Source of the DNA: Spirulina sp.
GTDB lineage: Bacteria > Cyanobacteriota > Cyanobacteriia > Phormidesmidales > Phormidesmidaceae
Assembly: GCA_044070495.1 (NCBI GenBank)
Contig: JBIPSI010000010.1
Span: forward strand, 100,480 to 164,479
DNA length: 64,000 nt
Reading direction: 5' to 3'
In this document: piece by piece, positions 1-11,064 of the stretch
Layout of the letters: the number at the start of each line of letters is the position of its first letter
How positions within the stretch are numbered: position 1 is the stretch's first letter
The notes under the pieces: model-generated
Database searches by the model: none
What the model saw: only the letters and a program-made list of their open reading frames with translations
Told to the model about the DNA's origin: nothing
Position numbers and translations under genes: made by a program

Positions 1-611
1 GTCTTCAACTTGTGCGTCCGCTCATAGAACCGATGGGTCTGCATGGTGTAGGCCCGATCCTGCATGGATTCGGTCGCTACCTTTTTGCGCAATTTAATAA
101 TGGCGTCGATAATCGCCTCAGGCCGGGGAGGACAGCCGGGGATGTACACATCCACCGGAATCAGTTTATCCACGCCGCGCACCGCCGAGGGTGAATCGCT
201 GCTGAACATACCGCCCGTAATGGTGCAAGCGCCCATGGCGATCACATATTTGGGGTCAGGCATTTGTTCATACAGCCGCACTAGGGCCGGAGCCATTTTC
301 ATGGTGACGGTGCCCGCCGTGATCAGCAAATCCGCCTGCCGGGGACTGGCCCGTGGCAATAAACCAAAGCGGTCGAAGTCGAAGCGAGAGCCGATCAACG
401 CGGCAAATTCAATGAAACAACAGGCCGTACCGTAGAGCAACGGGAATAGGCTCGACAGACGACACCAGTTGTATAGGTCATCCACGGTGGTCAGAATCAC
501 GTTTTCTGACAGATCGTGGGTGATCGTTGGCGGGGCAGCCGGGTTCATCAGAGCCTCGCCGGGGGCTAACATACCGCTTTTATCAGCGGCTGAAGGCGGA
601 TTCATGACCAT
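1..611 (-). CDS. ndhK: NAD(P)H-quinone oxidoreductase subunit K (runs off the window edge)
   Basis: Manual translation from ATG at 611 (overlaps the ndhC stop): ...[38 protein letters not shown]...PGCPPRPEA. Not in the ORF track because it is truncated. Confidence 0.95.
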   Translation of the reverse strand, partial: MVMNPPSAADKSGMLAPGEALMNPAAPPTITHDLSENVILTTVDDLYNWCRLSSLFPLLYGTACCFIEFAALIGSRFDFDRFGLLPRASPRQADLLITAGTVTMKMAPALVRLYEQMPDPKYVIAMGACTITGGMFSSDSPSAVRGVDKLIPVDVYIPGCPPRPEAIIDAIIKLRKKVATESMQDRAYTMQTHRFYERTHKLK

Positions 612-964
612 TCCAAAGCTCCCTTACGCCAAGCATAGACAAGACCGATAACAAGAATGCCGATAAAAATCAGAGCCTCTACAAAGGCTAACAGCCCCAA
701 TTGGTTAAAGGCCACCGCCCAGGGATAGAGAAACACCGTTTCCACGTCGAAGATGACGAAGACCAGGGCAAACATGTAGTAGCGAATGTTGAACTGAATC
801 CAGGCTCCGCCAATGGGTTCCATCCCCGATTCGTAGGTGGTTCTACGGGCCGGGCCACGCCCCACCGGGCGCAAAAACTTGGCAATGCCCAGGGCCGATA
901 CGGGCACCAGACAGGCAATCATCAAAAAGACTAGGAAGTACTCGTAGCCAGATAAGACAAACAC
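602..964 (-). CDS. ndhC: NAD(P)H-quinone oxidoreductase subunit 3
   Basis: [10 protein letters not shown]...[41 protein letters not shown]...KGALEWS. Confidence 0.98.
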   Translation of the reverse strand: MFVLSGYEYFLVFLMIACLVPVSALGIAKFLRPVGRGPARRTTYESGMEPIGGAWIQFNIRYYMFALVFVIFDVETVFLYPWAVAFNQLGLLAFVEALIFIGILVIGLVYAWRKGALEWS

Positions 965-1368
965 GAGTTCACCGCCACAACTAGAGCAACAGAGTATAAA
1001 GCAACCAAGATCGACTGGAGGCGATCCCCCGCGATGGATAATCCCCGCGATTGATAGTCATTTTAGGTCACATTGACCGGAAAATCAGGCGCTACCGATT
1101 AAACCCCCTGATACCATCGATTACAGATACCAGGGCAACCTATCCTTCGCTGCCACTTGAGCGTTAACAACATCGACCCATACCGATGCTGTGATGTCGC
1201 CAAGGAGTGAGGAACAGGGTTAAGCCAGATGGAGGGCATCCCTATGTCATAATTGTTTACATCAATTTCATGTTTGGCGGTGTCAGGGCTAGGTTTACCC
1301 CTTCGTAATCCTGGTCTTGTTTCGCTGACTGTCGCCGTTGACCTAACCCCCAGAGAGAGCTCTGTGCT

Positions 1369-1770
1369 ATGAGTGTTGAACCTGAAAAGCCAGCAGATCT
1401 AACGGATGGCGTTGCCCAGGTGGAGGAGCCTACGCCGGAGGATGCTCCTCTTGCTCCGGAAGATATGGACTGCTACGAATGCCGATCCTGCGGCTACTCC
1501 TACGAGCCTGCCAAGGGTGATGATCGAGCCAAGATAGCGGCGGGTACGCCCTTTGAGGAGTTGCCGGTTAATTGGCGTTGTCCGGTGTGTAGTGCGCCCA
1601 GGAAACAGTTCAGCAATATTGGCCCGGTCAACAAACCCTCTGGGTTTAAGGAAAACCTGAATTATGGATTAGGCGTCAATCGTCTTACCCCAGGGCAAAA
1701 AAATATCTTGATTTTTGGAGCCCTGGCCATTGGGTTTCTGTTTTTTATTAGCCTGTACGGCTTAAAGTAG
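1369..1770 (+). CDS. rubA: Membrane-anchored rubredoxin
   Basis: CRSC...WRCPVC iron ligands, C-terminal TM helix, conserved position upstream of ycf48-psbEFLJ. Confidence 0.95.
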   Translation: MSVEPEKPADLTDGVAQVEEPTPEDAPLAPEDMDCYECRSCGYSYEPAKGDDRAKIAAGTPFEELPVNWRCPVCSAPRKQFSNIGPVNKPSGFKENLNYGLGVNRLTPGQKNILIFGALAIGFLFFISLYGLK

Positions 1771-1864
1771 CCTGCCCGGCTGGGATTATCGATAAAACGT
1801 TGGGGCTCAGTGCTCCGCAGACTGACCACAGAATTGAGTAGTACACAACAGGTTTGGACGTGTT

Positions 1865-2869
1865 ATGCACGCAGCGTTGGATTGGTTAAAACGAGGTTTA
1901 GTGGCCCTAGTGGCGATGGTGTTGGCGTCGGGGTGTTCCAGCTACTTCCTGGCCGATTCCCCAGTACATCCCTGGACGGTGATCCAGGTTCCCACCGAGG
2001 CAACCCTGTCTGATATTGCCTTCGCCGACGGAGATAACCACGGCTGGATTGTCGGTAGTCGCAACACCATGCTAGAAACCCAAGACGGTGGCGCGACCTG
2101 GACGGTTCGGGAACTGGCCTTAGACGACCAGCCCTACACCTTTACCTCCGTTGATTTTGAGGGAGACGAGGGATGGGTAACCGGAACCCCTGCCATCCTG
2201 CTGCACACCAGCGATGGCGGCAAGAGCTGGGCCAAAATCCCCCTGAGTAACGAACTGCCGGGTACGCCCTTTTTGGTGACGGCCCTTGGCCCAGAATCCG
2301 CCGAAATGGCCACGGATATTGGTGCAATCTACCGTACAGAGGATGCAGGCCGCACCTGGAAAGCGATGGTGCAGGGCGCGGTGGGCGTAGTGCGTAACAT
2401 GACCCGTTCCGAGGATGGGCGCTACGTAGCCGTGTCCTCACGCGGCAACTTTTACTCCACCTGGGCACCGGGGCAAGACGAATGGATCCCCCATAACCGC
2501 CAAAATTCTCGCCGCTTGCAGAACATGGGTTTCGACAAGGTGGGTAAGCTGTGGGTGATTGCTCGGGGTGGTCAATTGCGCTTCTCTAATTCCCGTGCCT
2601 CCGACGACTTCACTGAAGCCCTCAGCCCCGAATTTGGTACGAGCTGGGGTCTCCTCGACATGGCCTTCCGCAACCAAGATGAGGTATGGGTGACCGGAGG
2701 CGGTGGCAATCTGCTGGTAAGCTTTGATGGTGGCCAGAGTTGGTCTAAAGATAACGCCGTAAACAGCGTACCTTCCAATTTCTACCGCATCATCTTCGCG
2801 GGGCCAGAGAAAGGCTTTGTGCTGGGCCAGCGCGGCACTATCCTCAAGTACGACCCGGCCTTGGCCTAG
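1865..2869 (+). CDS. ycf48: Photosystem II assembly factor Ycf48/Hcf136
   Basis: Lipoprotein-type signal (ASGC), BNR/Asp-box repeats (TxDGGxTW), VSSRGNFY and RRLQNMG motifs, synteny. Confidence 0.96.
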   Translation: MHAALDWLKRGLVALVAMVLASGCSSYFLADSPVHPWTVIQVPTEATLSDIAFADGDNHGWIVGSRNTMLETQDGGATWTVRELALDDQPYTFTSVDFEGDEGWVTGTPAILLHTSDGGKSWAKIPLSNELPGTPFLVTALGPESAEMATDIGAIYRTEDAGRTWKAMVQGAVGVVRNMTRSEDGRYVAVSSRGNFYSTWAPGQDEWIPHNRQNSRRLQNMGFDKVGKLWVIARGGQLRFSNSRASDDFTEALSPEFGTSWGLLDMAFRNQDEVWVTGGGGNLLVSFDGGQSWSKDNAVNSVPSNFYRIIFAGPEKGFVLGQRGTILKYDPALA

Positions 2870-2967
2870 CAAAAACTTGGCAATCCGCTGGAGAATCCCT
2901 TGTTAGGGTTTCCAGCGTTCTCTATGATTAGATTAGTTTCGTCGTGTTAAGAGAGGAGACGTAAAAC

Positions 2968-3216
2968 ATGGCAGGTACAACTGGAGAGCGCCCCTTTGGG
3001 GACATCGTTACCAGTATTCGCTACTGGATTATCCACAGCATTACCATTCCCATGCTGTTCATTGCTGGGTGGCTGTTTGTCAGCACGGGCTTAGCCTACG
3101 ATGCCTTTGGCACCCCTCGCCCCAACGACTACTACCCCGACAATCAAATGCAGCTTCCCATCGTGACGGATCGCTTTGAGGCGAAGCAGCAGATTGATAT
3201 GTTCTCGGCCCAATAG
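2968..3216 (+). CDS. psbE: Cytochrome b559 alpha subunit
   Basis: [31 protein letters not shown]...FGTPRPN. Confidence 0.99.
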   Translation: MAGTTGERPFGDIVTSIRYWIIHSITIPMLFIAGWLFVSTGLAYDAFGTPRPNDYYPDNQMQLPIVTDRFEAKQQIDMFSAQ

Positions 3217-3253
3217 TCCCGTCCTGTTCCCGTTCGTTGTTTAACTTGGTGCC

Positions 3254-3385
3254 ATGCAAAGCAATTCCCCTGAGCAAATTACCTACCCTATTTTCACCAT
3301 CCGCTGGCTAGCGGTTCACACTCTCGGTGTACCGAGCGTGTTCTTTTTGGGCGCAATCGCGGCCATGCAGTTTATTCAACGGTAG
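3254..3385 (+). CDS. psbF: Cytochrome b559 beta subunit
   Basis: Manual translation [43 protein letters not shown]. Confidence 0.98.
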   Translation: MQSNSPEQITYPIFTIRWLAVHTLGVPSVFFLGAIAAMQFIQR

Positions 3386-3394
3386 ACAATAACC

Positions 3395-3514
3395 ATGGAT
3401 CGTACTCCTAACCCTAATAAGCAGCCTGTCGAGCTAAACCGCACCTCCCTATACCTGGGGTTGTTGTTAGTGTTCGTGCTGGGGCTGCTCTTTTCGAGCT
3501 ACTTCTTTAACTAA
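3395..3514 (+). CDS. psbL: Photosystem II protein L
   Basis: Manual translation [39 protein letters not shown]. Confidence 0.98.
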   Translation: MDRTPNPNKQPVELNRTSLYLGLLLVFVLGLLFSSYFFN

Positions 3515-3610
3515 ATCCCCGTTAAAGTGGTTTAGCTTAGGGATGAGTGAGTCCCTAGGCTATGTTGAGATTATTACATTACCCTAACCTGGTCGTAGGA
3601 GATTTAAGCA

Positions 3611-3730
3611 ATGCTTCAGAGTGGGCGAATTCCCCTGTGGATTGTGGCAACGGTGGCTGGCACCGGTGTTTTGGTTGTCGTTGGCCTCTTTTTCTATGGG
3701 GCCTACGCAGGAGTCGGCTCGGCCATGTAA
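3611..3730 (+). CDS. psbJ: Photosystem II protein J
   Basis: Manual translation [39 protein letters not shown]. Confidence 0.98.
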   Translation: MLQSGRIPLWIVATVAGTGVLVVVGLFFYGAYAGVGSAM

Positions 3731-3773
3731 GGTGGCGACCTCCAGTTAACTTCAGTTAGTGAGATACCTATTT

Positions 3774-3802
3774 GGGCTAGGCAATTTATCCTAGCCCTTT
3801 TT
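3774..3802 (+). terminator. Intrinsic terminator of the psbEFLJ operon
   Basis: GGGCTAGG-loop-CCTAGCCC followed by TTTTT. Confidence 0.8.
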
Positions 3803-3942
3803 AATGGATAGTCGCTGTGAATGAGCGGGATCTGGGCCCTAAACCATAACCAGAACTTAAGGTGTCTATCGTCGGGTCTTTGCGTTGATCACAGTCATTC
3901 CCCAGTAGAATATGTGGAGTTTTGTCTGGCAATTTAGGCTAG

Positions 3943-5865
3943 GTGGGGTCATTCGTGATAAAGCAGCTTGCGAAGATTGAACGTCTGTGGTCATCTAGGC
4001 CTAAAGCCCTCCTAACCTTAGGATCAGGAGCCTTTATGTTAGGCCTAGTCCTCCCGGTTATAGGCACCCTAAACACCAAGCTAGCCGCCCCTCCATCAGC
4101 CTTTAGCACCAACTTAGTTGCTCTCCGTGATGCCCCAGGCATCGATGCTTTTCCCACCGTGGCCAGCAGTGAACGGCTCTGCTTGACGCCACCTGCTCCA
4201 CTTGCTCCAATCGGCGAGGCCGCCCCCCTAGATTTGTTTCAGTCAGGGGGCTTGCAGGCCATTGCCGCCCAGATCAGACCTAGTCAGGTGACTCAGTTGG
4301 GGGCCGCCCGTTGGCCGGAGATCCATCCCCAGGCGACCCAGGCTCGCGTGCCCATTTTGATGTATCACGATGTACTATCGGAGCCGGAGGTCTTTTTTGA
4401 CCTGGTGCCAGAACAGTTTGAGTCCCACCTCCAAACCCTCCAGGAAAATGGCTTTACCGCCATCAGCCTCGATCAACTCACCCAACACCTGCGGACGGGT
4501 GCTCCCCTACCCGAAAAGCCTGTGGTGCTCAGCTTTGATGATGGCTACGCTGGCCATTACGAGCATGTTTATCCCCTGCTAAAGAAATACCAAATGCCAG
4601 CGGTGTTTTTTGTATTCCCCGGCAAGGTGGATGGAACTATTGTGGGACGCTCTACGCTGACCTGGGATCAGGTGAAGGAAATGGCCGCCGATCCCCTGAT
4701 TACCATTGGATCCCACAGCGTGACCCATCCCCCCGATCTGCGGGAGTTTAATGATGCCGACTTGGCCTACGAGATGACCGAGTCAAAGCGTCGCCTGGAA
4801 GAGATGCTGAGGCAGCCCGTTCACTACTTTAGTTACCCAGCCGGGCACTACGATGAGCGGGTGGCCCAGGCTGCCGCTGATGCGGGCTATTTGGCCGCGT
4901 TTACCATGCGCCAAGCCAATGAACAGTTTGCAGGAGCCTCAGGTTCCTTGCTCAGTATTGAGCGTTTTGGTCAATCGGCCCTGCCCTCCCTCCTCGATCA
5001 GGCCTGGGGCGGAGCCACCGAGTCGGACGTAACCGTCTCTAGCCCTGACGCTCAAACCCTGTCCCGTTCCCTGGCGGCAGCGAGTCCGGGTACCCAAGGG
5101 TTTGACTTTTTGGCCCCGGTGGAAAAGCAGGACTATGAGGCCGCTAATCACCGGCTGACCTTAATTAGCGGCGGACGGCCCGTCACCATTCACGCGGATA
5201 GTCGTTATCAGGTACCGGAAATCTTGGTGGGTACCAATGCGGTGGGGGCCGTTGATGGCGGCTTTTTCTCCCTCGAATACCTTGATTCTAATGTGATGAT
5301 TGGCCCTGTCCTTAGCCAGAGCAGCCGTCGATTTGTTCCCGGTAACGCCAGCGAAAATCCGCGCCTCAACGGACGTCCCCTAGTCTTGATTGCACCGGAG
5401 CAGGTCAAGTTTGTTCCCTTTGAGGCCACACAGCACAACACTTTGGCGGGCTTGTACCACACCCTACCGGGGGTCACCGATGCCTTTGTGGGGGCGGCCT
5501 GGCTGGTGAAGGATGGAAAACCGCAGCCCCCCAGTAGCTTTGGGACGCTGTTTGATTTTGATGCCAAGCGGCATCGGGCTTTCTGGGGCATTCACCAAAA
5601 CGGGCAGCCCGTGGTGGGAGTTTCCCATACCATGGTGGATTCGGTGGAACTGGGCCAACTGCTGCACCAGGCGGGTCTGCGAGAGGCCGTGATGCTCGAT
5701 TCCGGCGCTAGCACCTCCCTGGCTTACCAGGGTGAATCCTTGGTGGGGTATATTCCTCGCCCGGTACCCCACGTGGTCGCCCTTATCCCCCCAGAGGCTA
5801 ACGATGGTAGCCCCTGTCCTCTGGTACTCGAAAGCCATACTAGGGATGGTTTGGGCCAGAACTAG
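3943..5865 (+). CDS. Polysaccharide deacetylase (NodB-like) fused to a phosphodiester glycosidase-like domain
   Basis: ILMYHD, LSFDDGY, GSHSVTH and FSYPAG deacetylase motifs; C-terminal DGGFF...AVMLDSGAS; N-terminal TM; start uncertain. Confidence 0.8.
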   Translation: MGSFVIKQLAKIERLWSSRPKALLTLGSGAFMLGLVLPVIGTLNTKLAAPPSAFSTNLVALRDAPGIDAFPTVASSERLCLTPPAPLAPIGEAAPLDLFQSGGLQAIAAQIRPSQVTQLGAARWPEIHPQATQARVPILMYHDVLSEPEVFFDLVPEQFESHLQTLQENGFTAISLDQLTQHLRTGAPLPEKPVVLSFDDGYAGHYEHVYPLLKKYQMPAVFFVFPGKVDGTIVGRSTLTWDQVKEMAADPLITIGSHSVTHPPDLREFNDADLAYEMTESKRRLEEMLRQPVHYFSYPAGHYDERVAQAAADAGYLAAFTMRQANEQFAGASGSLLSIERFGQSALPSLLDQAWGGATESDVTVSSPDAQTLSRSLAAASPGTQGFDFLAPVEKQDYEAANHRLTLISGGRPVTIHADSRYQVPEILVGTNAVGAVDGGFFSLEYLDSNVMIGPVLSQSSRRFVPGNASENPRLNGRPLVLIAPEQVKFVPFEATQHNTLAGLYHTLPGVTDAFVGAAWLVKDGKPQPPSSFGTLFDFDAKRHRAFWGIHQNGQPVVGVSHTMVDSVELGQLLHQAGLREAVMLDSGASTSLAYQGESLVGYIPRPVPHVVALIPPEANDGSPCPLVLESHTRDGLGQN

Positions 5866-6529
5866 GGATGAGATCTAGGGATAGTTGACAGCCTCGAAAA
5901 GACTGACGATGTTGCCGGGTTGGCCCTAAGCGTTGTAAAGCTTGGCGATGCTCAACACTGCCATAGCCTTTATGTCGGGCTAGGCCATAGCCTGGATAGC
6001 GACGGTCTAGCCGCACCATGAGCTGATCACGCCACACCTTAGCCAAGATACTGGCGGCGGCGATGGCCGTATGGTGTTGATCGCCTTGAATGATGGTTTG
6101 CTGGGGAATGGCTAAGTTGGGGATGGATTGGTTTCCATCCACTAGGCAGAGGGTCGGCACAGGAGATAAACGGCGAATCGCCCGCGCCATCGCTAGCAAA
6201 CTGGCTTGCAGGATATTGAGCCGTTCAATCTCCTGGACTGAGGCATAGCCAATGGCGGAATGAGTCGCTAAAGCCTGGATGGGCTTCACAAGCTGCATTC
6301 GTCGCTGTGGACTGAGTCGTTTGCTATCCGTTACCCCCAAACCCTGAAGTTCGAGGGAGGCCGATTCAGATAGGATCACAGCTGCTGCGATCACTGGCCC
6401 AAACAGGGCTCCCCGGCCCACCTCATCTACGCCAGCAATGAGTGTCTGGGCCCCTTTCTGATCCGTCCTAGGGGAAGCCTCAGACGATCCATGGGTCGTC
6501 CGAGCTCCCCTAGCCATCGGATCACTCAT
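5840..6529 (-). CDS. rnhB: Ribonuclease HII
   Basis: IAGVDEVGRG, DSK, LVDGN, IAAASILAKV, HKGYG; start moved to the ATG overlapping the rne stop. Confidence 0.95.
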   Translation of the reverse strand: MSDPMARGARTTHGSSEASPRTDQKGAQTLIAGVDEVGRGALFGPVIAAAVILSESASLELQGLGVTDSKRLSPQRRMQLVKPIQALATHSAIGYASVQEIERLNILQASLLAMARAIRRLSPVPTLCLVDGNQSIPNLAIPQQTIIQGDQHHTAIAAASILAKVWRDQLMVRLDRRYPGYGLARHKGYGSVEHRQALQRLGPTRQHRQSFRGCQLSLDLIPSSGPNHP

Positions 6530-8663
6530 CCGAATCGTTGCCATTAGCCGAGGAACGACGGCGACGGCGACGGCGAACGTCCGTTTCAACCACTTCTGGG
6601 GATGGGGTATCGCCATGGTTATCGGCTGCTGCGACCACGGTATCAGCCTCTTGGCTCTGGGCTTCGGCCAGAGACTCACTCCCCGATGGATCGATCTCTG
6701 GCGCTGAAAATGCCGGGGTACTACCCACCACCCGCTTGACTCGTTTGGGCGCAGATGGAGTCTCATCTACCGCTGGAGCCTCCGCCGGGGTGGCGACATC
6801 AGAAGCCCCGATGGAGGCAACTGCCAGGTCATGGATCTCCTCCTGATCCATGGCTACAGATCCCAGTCCCCCAGAACTAACGGCAGTGCTTTCCCCCGGT
6901 GCCCGAACGGTAATGGTCACGTTCCGAGGATCAAGAATGGACTCGCCAGTGGCCAGCACCATGGGGGAAATGCCCATCATGGCGTAGATCCGCTGTTCGT
7001 CGGTGGTCATCTCCACCGTCACGATCTGGGGCGGGGTAGCGAGCTTCTTGTCATGGCGTCCGCCTGTGCGACTGCGACTCGTTCGTGTAGAGGGCTTCTC
7101 CTCATCACTGGTGCTATCAACGGTGGACACAAGATCCACCACCGGACTAGGCATATCCTTGGCGATGCTGGGCGAAGCACTGTCCCGAGGTACGGGAGCT
7201 TCTTTGCCGTTGCTACGCCCAGGCAGGGGATCTCGACGACGGCGGCGGCGGTTGCCCTTGTTGAGTTTGTCTTGATAGCTGGGATGGTTGATCAGATCCA
7301 GTTCCTGCAAATCGGGCTGGGTCGCTAAGCCATCTAGTTGAGATTCTCGTAGGGTTGGCGTCCAGCTACTGTCTGCTGCGGTGGCGGCGAGGCTAGGACC
7401 TGGGGTAACGCCATCCTCGGGGGGGTGGGCTCCGGGCAGGTGCACCAAATGCCCTAGGCCATTACAGGTCGGACAGGACCGACCAAACAACTCATAGATA
7501 TTTTGTCCTTGGCGCTTGCGGGTTAGTTCTACTAGACCCAACTCGGACAGTTGGGAAATCTGTGGTCTGGCTTTATCAGAGCGTAGAGCTTTGCTGAAAT
7601 GTTCGAGGACTTGCAGCTTGTCCCGCCGAGAGTCCATGTCGATGAAGTCTACGATAATGACCCCAGCAATGTTACGGAGTCGCAGTTGGCGGGCAATTTC
7701 GGTGGCGGCTTCACAGTTCGTCCAGAGCACCGTTTCGCGGGCGGTGGCGGATCGGGTGAAGGATCCGGAGTTCACGTCAATCACCGTCAGGGCTTCGGTG
7801 GGTTCGATGATGATGTAGCCCCCAGAGGGCAAATCGACCCTGGGTTTGAGGGCTTCGCGAATGGCGGCGTTGACCCGGAAATACTCTAAAATCGGCACCC
7901 GCTCCCGATGCTGGTCGATCAAAACGCCGCTGGGTACCTGGCCATCACTCCAGTTAGACAGGTGCTGCTTGACTCGTTTGAGGCCGCTGCTAGAGTCGGT
8001 AACAATGCGGTTGACATCAGCATTATAAACGTCGCGCAACACCCGCTGAATAAAGTCGTCATCGCGATTGAGCAAGGCCGGAGGACGGGTGGAGAGCGCC
8101 TGCTGCTGGATACTTTCCCACTGCTTTTGCAGGGTTTCTAGGTCTTCGATGATGGCATTTTCGCTAATGCCCTCGGCCTCGGTTCGCACCAACAGCCCCA
8201 TGCCAGCGGGCTTAATGAGAATAGCCAAGGCGCGTAGGCGGTTGCGTTCGTTTTCGTTGCGAATGCGGCGGGATAGGTTAACGCCTTTGCCGTAGGGCAT
8301 CAGCACCAGGTAGCGACCAGGCAGGGTAATATTCCCGGTCAGGCGCGGCCCCTTGTTGCCCGTCGGCTCCTTCATGATCTGAACCAGCACCTTCTGCTGG
8401 GGGGCCACCAGCTCGGTGATGGAACCCGCCATGCGCTTTAGGCGCAGCGGCCCAAGGTCGGTGACATGCATAAACCCGTTGCGTTCACTGTCCCCAATGT
8501 TCACAAAGGCGGCGTCAATGCCGGGTAAAACGTTTTCAACGGTTCCCAAATAAATGTCGCTGACCTGGTGGCTACCGGTAGCCACAATTAATTCCTGAAT
8601 CTGATCTTCCGAAAAAACCGCAGCGATCCGATGCTGCTCAGCAATAACAATCTGCTTCGGCAT
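6522..8663 (-). CDS. rne: Ribonuclease E
   Basis: S1 domain, IDVNSG, GVIIVDFIDM, CPTC zinc link, disordered C-terminal half ending RRRRRRSSA. Confidence 0.98.
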   Translation of the reverse strand: MPKQIVIAEQHRIAAVFSEDQIQELIVATGSHQVSDIYLGTVENVLPGIDAAFVNIGDSERNGFMHVTDLGPLRLKRMAGSITELVAPQQKVLVQIMKEPTGNKGPRLTGNITLPGRYLVLMPYGKGVNLSRRIRNENERNRLRALAILIKPAGMGLLVRTEAEGISENAIIEDLETLQKQWESIQQQALSTRPPALLNRDDDFIQRVLRDVYNADVNRIVTDSSSGLKRVKQHLSNWSDGQVPSGVLIDQHRERVPILEYFRVNAAIREALKPRVDLPSGGYIIIEPTEALTVIDVNSGSFTRSATARETVLWTNCEAATEIARQLRLRNIAGVIIVDFIDMDSRRDKLQVLEHFSKALRSDKARPQISQLSELGLVELTRKRQGQNIYELFGRSCPTCNGLGHLVHLPGAHPPEDGVTPGPSLAATAADSSWTPTLRESQLDGLATQPDLQELDLINHPSYQDKLNKGNRRRRRRDPLPGRSNGKEAPVPRDSASPSIAKDMPSPVVDLVSTVDSTSDEEKPSTRTSRSRTGGRHDKKLATPPQIVTVEMTTDEQRIYAMMGISPMVLATGESILDPRNVTITVRAPGESTAVSSGGLGSVAMDQEEIHDLAVASIGASDVATPAEAPAVDETPSAPKRVKRVVGSTPAFSAPEIDPSGSESLAEAQSQEADTVVAAADNHGDTPSPEVVETDVRRRRRRRSSANGNDSDE

Positions 8664-9246
8664 TCAAATTCCTCATACAACGCTCACTAGGGCGGATAAA
8701 ATGTAAGACTTTCACTGGAAACGAAGCCGCTAGACCCACAGAGCCTACAGGTCAACTCCATCCAGATCGGGGAAAACGAGATTGCAAGAGTTCTATTGTC
8801 AAACCCGCCGTAGCAGAGCTACGTCGATGACAGCTAAAGGCACACAGGAATCACTCGGGGCCACCGGACAACTTCGGGCACTCCTGGCGATGCCAGAACA
8901 TGGTTTGAAAAACCGGCATAACTGCACAGGAACCCTTAACCGAAGCACCCAGGGCCAAGGACTGATAGCCACTTAAACACTTGCCATGTGCTATCCGTCT
9001 AAGCACATTTGGTCTTGTTTAGTTGCATTATAGCGTCAAGCCCTGCCCATAGCATATAATTGCGGATCTTTGTAGCAGAAATCCGATAAACCTTCCCTAG
9101 GGTAGAACCAAGTCCTGGGTGGCCAAGGTCTCCCGACCATCCCCGTGCCGACGTTTTGCCTGTGACAAGTCAGCAACTGATGCGACGGTAAGCAACCTAA
9201 TACCGGGACAGGCTAGGACGGGAGATCAAAGTCTCAGGATAGACCG

Positions 9247-9289
9247 AACAAAACAGCCACCGATACCTCTGGGGGCGTCGGTGGCTGTT
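9247..9289 (-). terminator. Intrinsic terminator downstream of rnj
   Basis: 12-bp stem AACAGCCACCGA/TCGGTGGCTGTT with a T-rich tail on the minus strand, just past the rnj stop. Confidence 0.7.
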
Positions 9290-9297
9290 GGTGTTTC

Positions 9298-11064
9298 CTA
9301 GGAGGCCGAGGCGGCGACGGGGCTACGGCTCTTTTTATGGGTCTGGGGTTGTTCGGCGGTGGCTCCTTGAAGTAGCAGAATCAGCAGCGGGTCACGCTTA
9401 TCCAATTCGCGCCGCAGCAGCCGACGCAAATCGCGATCCATCAAGCCCTTCAGTCCATCCCAATCGATGGTAGGTTGCCCCTTCTGGCCCTTGACGATCA
9501 GTTCAGAGCCGTGGGTTTCGAGCACCTGCTCCAGCACTTGCTGCACCGCCTTCTGGAAACGGTCTGGGTTGATAGCATGGGCCACCCCGCGCAGTTGCAC
9601 CGTTGGCCCCGCCACCAGCTTGCCGTTATCACCAATGGTGGCGGCAATGGTAACCACGCCGTCTTCCGCCAGTTGTTGGCGATCCCTTAGGATATCGCGG
9701 CCAACAACGCCCACACGGGAGGAATCCACCAGCTCAATGCCAGAGGGCACCTTACCCGCAATGCGAATGCCAGAGGGATCCACCTCGACCATATCGCCGT
9801 TTTGAATGATCACCATATTCTCGGCAGGAACCCCCATGCTTTGGGCGGTTTCCGAGTGTTTGACCAACATCCGGTGCTCGCCGTGGACGGGCAGGAAGAA
9901 TTTGGGCTTGGTGAGGGCCAGCATCAGCTTTTGGTCTTCCTGGGAACCGTGGCCAGAAACGTGGATGCCCTTGTCTTTGCCATAGACCACCTTAGCCCCC
10001 CGCATCATCAGTTTGTCGATGGTGTTGACCACGGCGATGGTGTTGCCAGGGATGGGGTTGGCGGAAAAGACGACGGTGTCCCCCGATTTAATTTTGATTT
10101 GGCGGTGGGCATCGTCGGCAATGCGGGTGAGGGCGGCCATGGGCTCACCCTGGGAGCCTGTAGTTAGGATCAGAACATTTTCATCCGCCGTTTGGCCCAG
10201 GTTGCGCAGGGGCAAAAACAGGCTTTCGGGGCATTTGATGTAGCCCAAATCGCGGGCGTGGGCAATCACATTTAGCATGGATCGGCCCACCACGAAGACC
10301 TTGCGGTTGTGCTTTTGGGCCAGTTCCAAAATCATGTTGACCCGATGCACCGAGGAGGAGAAGGTGGTGACCAACAGCCGTCCTTCGGCCTTGCCAAATT
10401 CCCGATCTAGGTTGGGGAAAACGGATCGCTCGGAGGGGGTGTGGCCCGGTAGTTCGGCATTGGTGGAATCGCTGACTAAACACAGGACCCCCCGCTCTCC
10501 GGCCTCCGCCAGCCTTTGAATATCAAAGGTTTCCCCGTCCACGGGAGTAAAATCAAACTTGAAGTCGCCCGTGTGCACCACTACGCCTACGGGGGTATGG
10601 ATAATCACCGAGCAGCTATCAGCAATGGAGTGGGTATTGCGGATGTATTCCACCAAAAACGAATTACCCACCCGCACCGTTTCGCGGGGGCGCACTCGGC
10701 GCAGTTCGGTACGGTCGGCCACCCCGGCTTCTTCTAGCTTATTCTCCAGCAGGGCCATGGCCAAGCGGGGGCCATAGATCACCGGAATGTCAAACTGTTT
10801 GAGGTGGAAGGCAATGCCGCCAATGTGGTCTTCGTGACCGTGGGTGACGATCATGCCCTTGATTTTGTCGCGATTTTCCCGCAGGTAGGTGACATCGGGC
10901 AGAACAATGTTGACCCCATGCATCCCGTCGGTGGGGAAGGCGAGTCCGGCATCGAGCAACATGATTTCGTTGTTGATCTCAAACACACAGGTGTTTTTGC
11001 CGATTTCGTGTAGCCCACCGAGGGGGACGATTTTGAGGGCAGATTGTGATTGTTTGGCTGTCAT
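9298..11064 (-). CDS. rnj: Ribonuclease J
   Basis: PLGGLHEIGKN, THGHEDHIG metallo-beta-lactamase motif, HVSGHG, beta-CASP region. Confidence 0.98.
   Translation of the reverse strand: MTAKQSQSALKIVPLGGLHEIGKNTCVFEINNEIMLLDAGLAFPTDGMHGVNIVLPDVTYLRENRDKIKGMIVTHGHEDHIGGIAFHLKQFDIPVIYGPRLAMALLENKLEEAGVADRTELRRVRPRETVRVGNSFLVEYIRNTHSIADSCSVIIHTPVGVVVHTGDFKFDFTPVDGETFDIQRLAEAGERGVLCLVSDSTNAELPGHTPSERSVFPNLDREFGKAEGRLLVTTFSSSVHRVNMILELAQKHNRKVFVVGRSMLNVIAHARDLGYIKCPESLFLPLRNLGQTADENVLILTTGSQGEPMAALTRIADDAHRQIKIKSGDTVVFSANPIPGNTIAVVNTIDKLMMRGAKVVYGKDKGIHVSGHGSQEDQKLMLALTKPKFFLPVHGEHRMLVKHSETAQSMGVPAENMVIIQNGDMVEVDPSGIRIAGKVPSGIELVDSSRVGVVGRDILRDRQQLAEDGVVTIAATIGDNGKLVAGPTVQLRGVAHAINPDRFQKAVQQVLEQVLETHGSELIVKGQKGQPTIDWDGLKGLMDRDLRRLLRRELDKRDPLLILLLQGATAEQPQTHKKSRSPVAASAS

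Noticed and set aside
1024..1056. Two-copy ATCCCCGCGAT(G/T)GATA repeat upstream of ndhC
   Set aside because: Only two adjacent short copies with no spacer structure; most likely a local duplication.
6530..6766. N-terminal extension of rnhB in the ORF track
   Set aside because: Lies inside rne in another frame; the ATG at 6529 overlapping the rne stop is more plausible.
5840..11064. Clustering of rnhB, rne and rnj as a novel RNA-processing island
   Set aside because: rne-rnhB and dapA-rnj linkages are ordinary in cyanobacteria.
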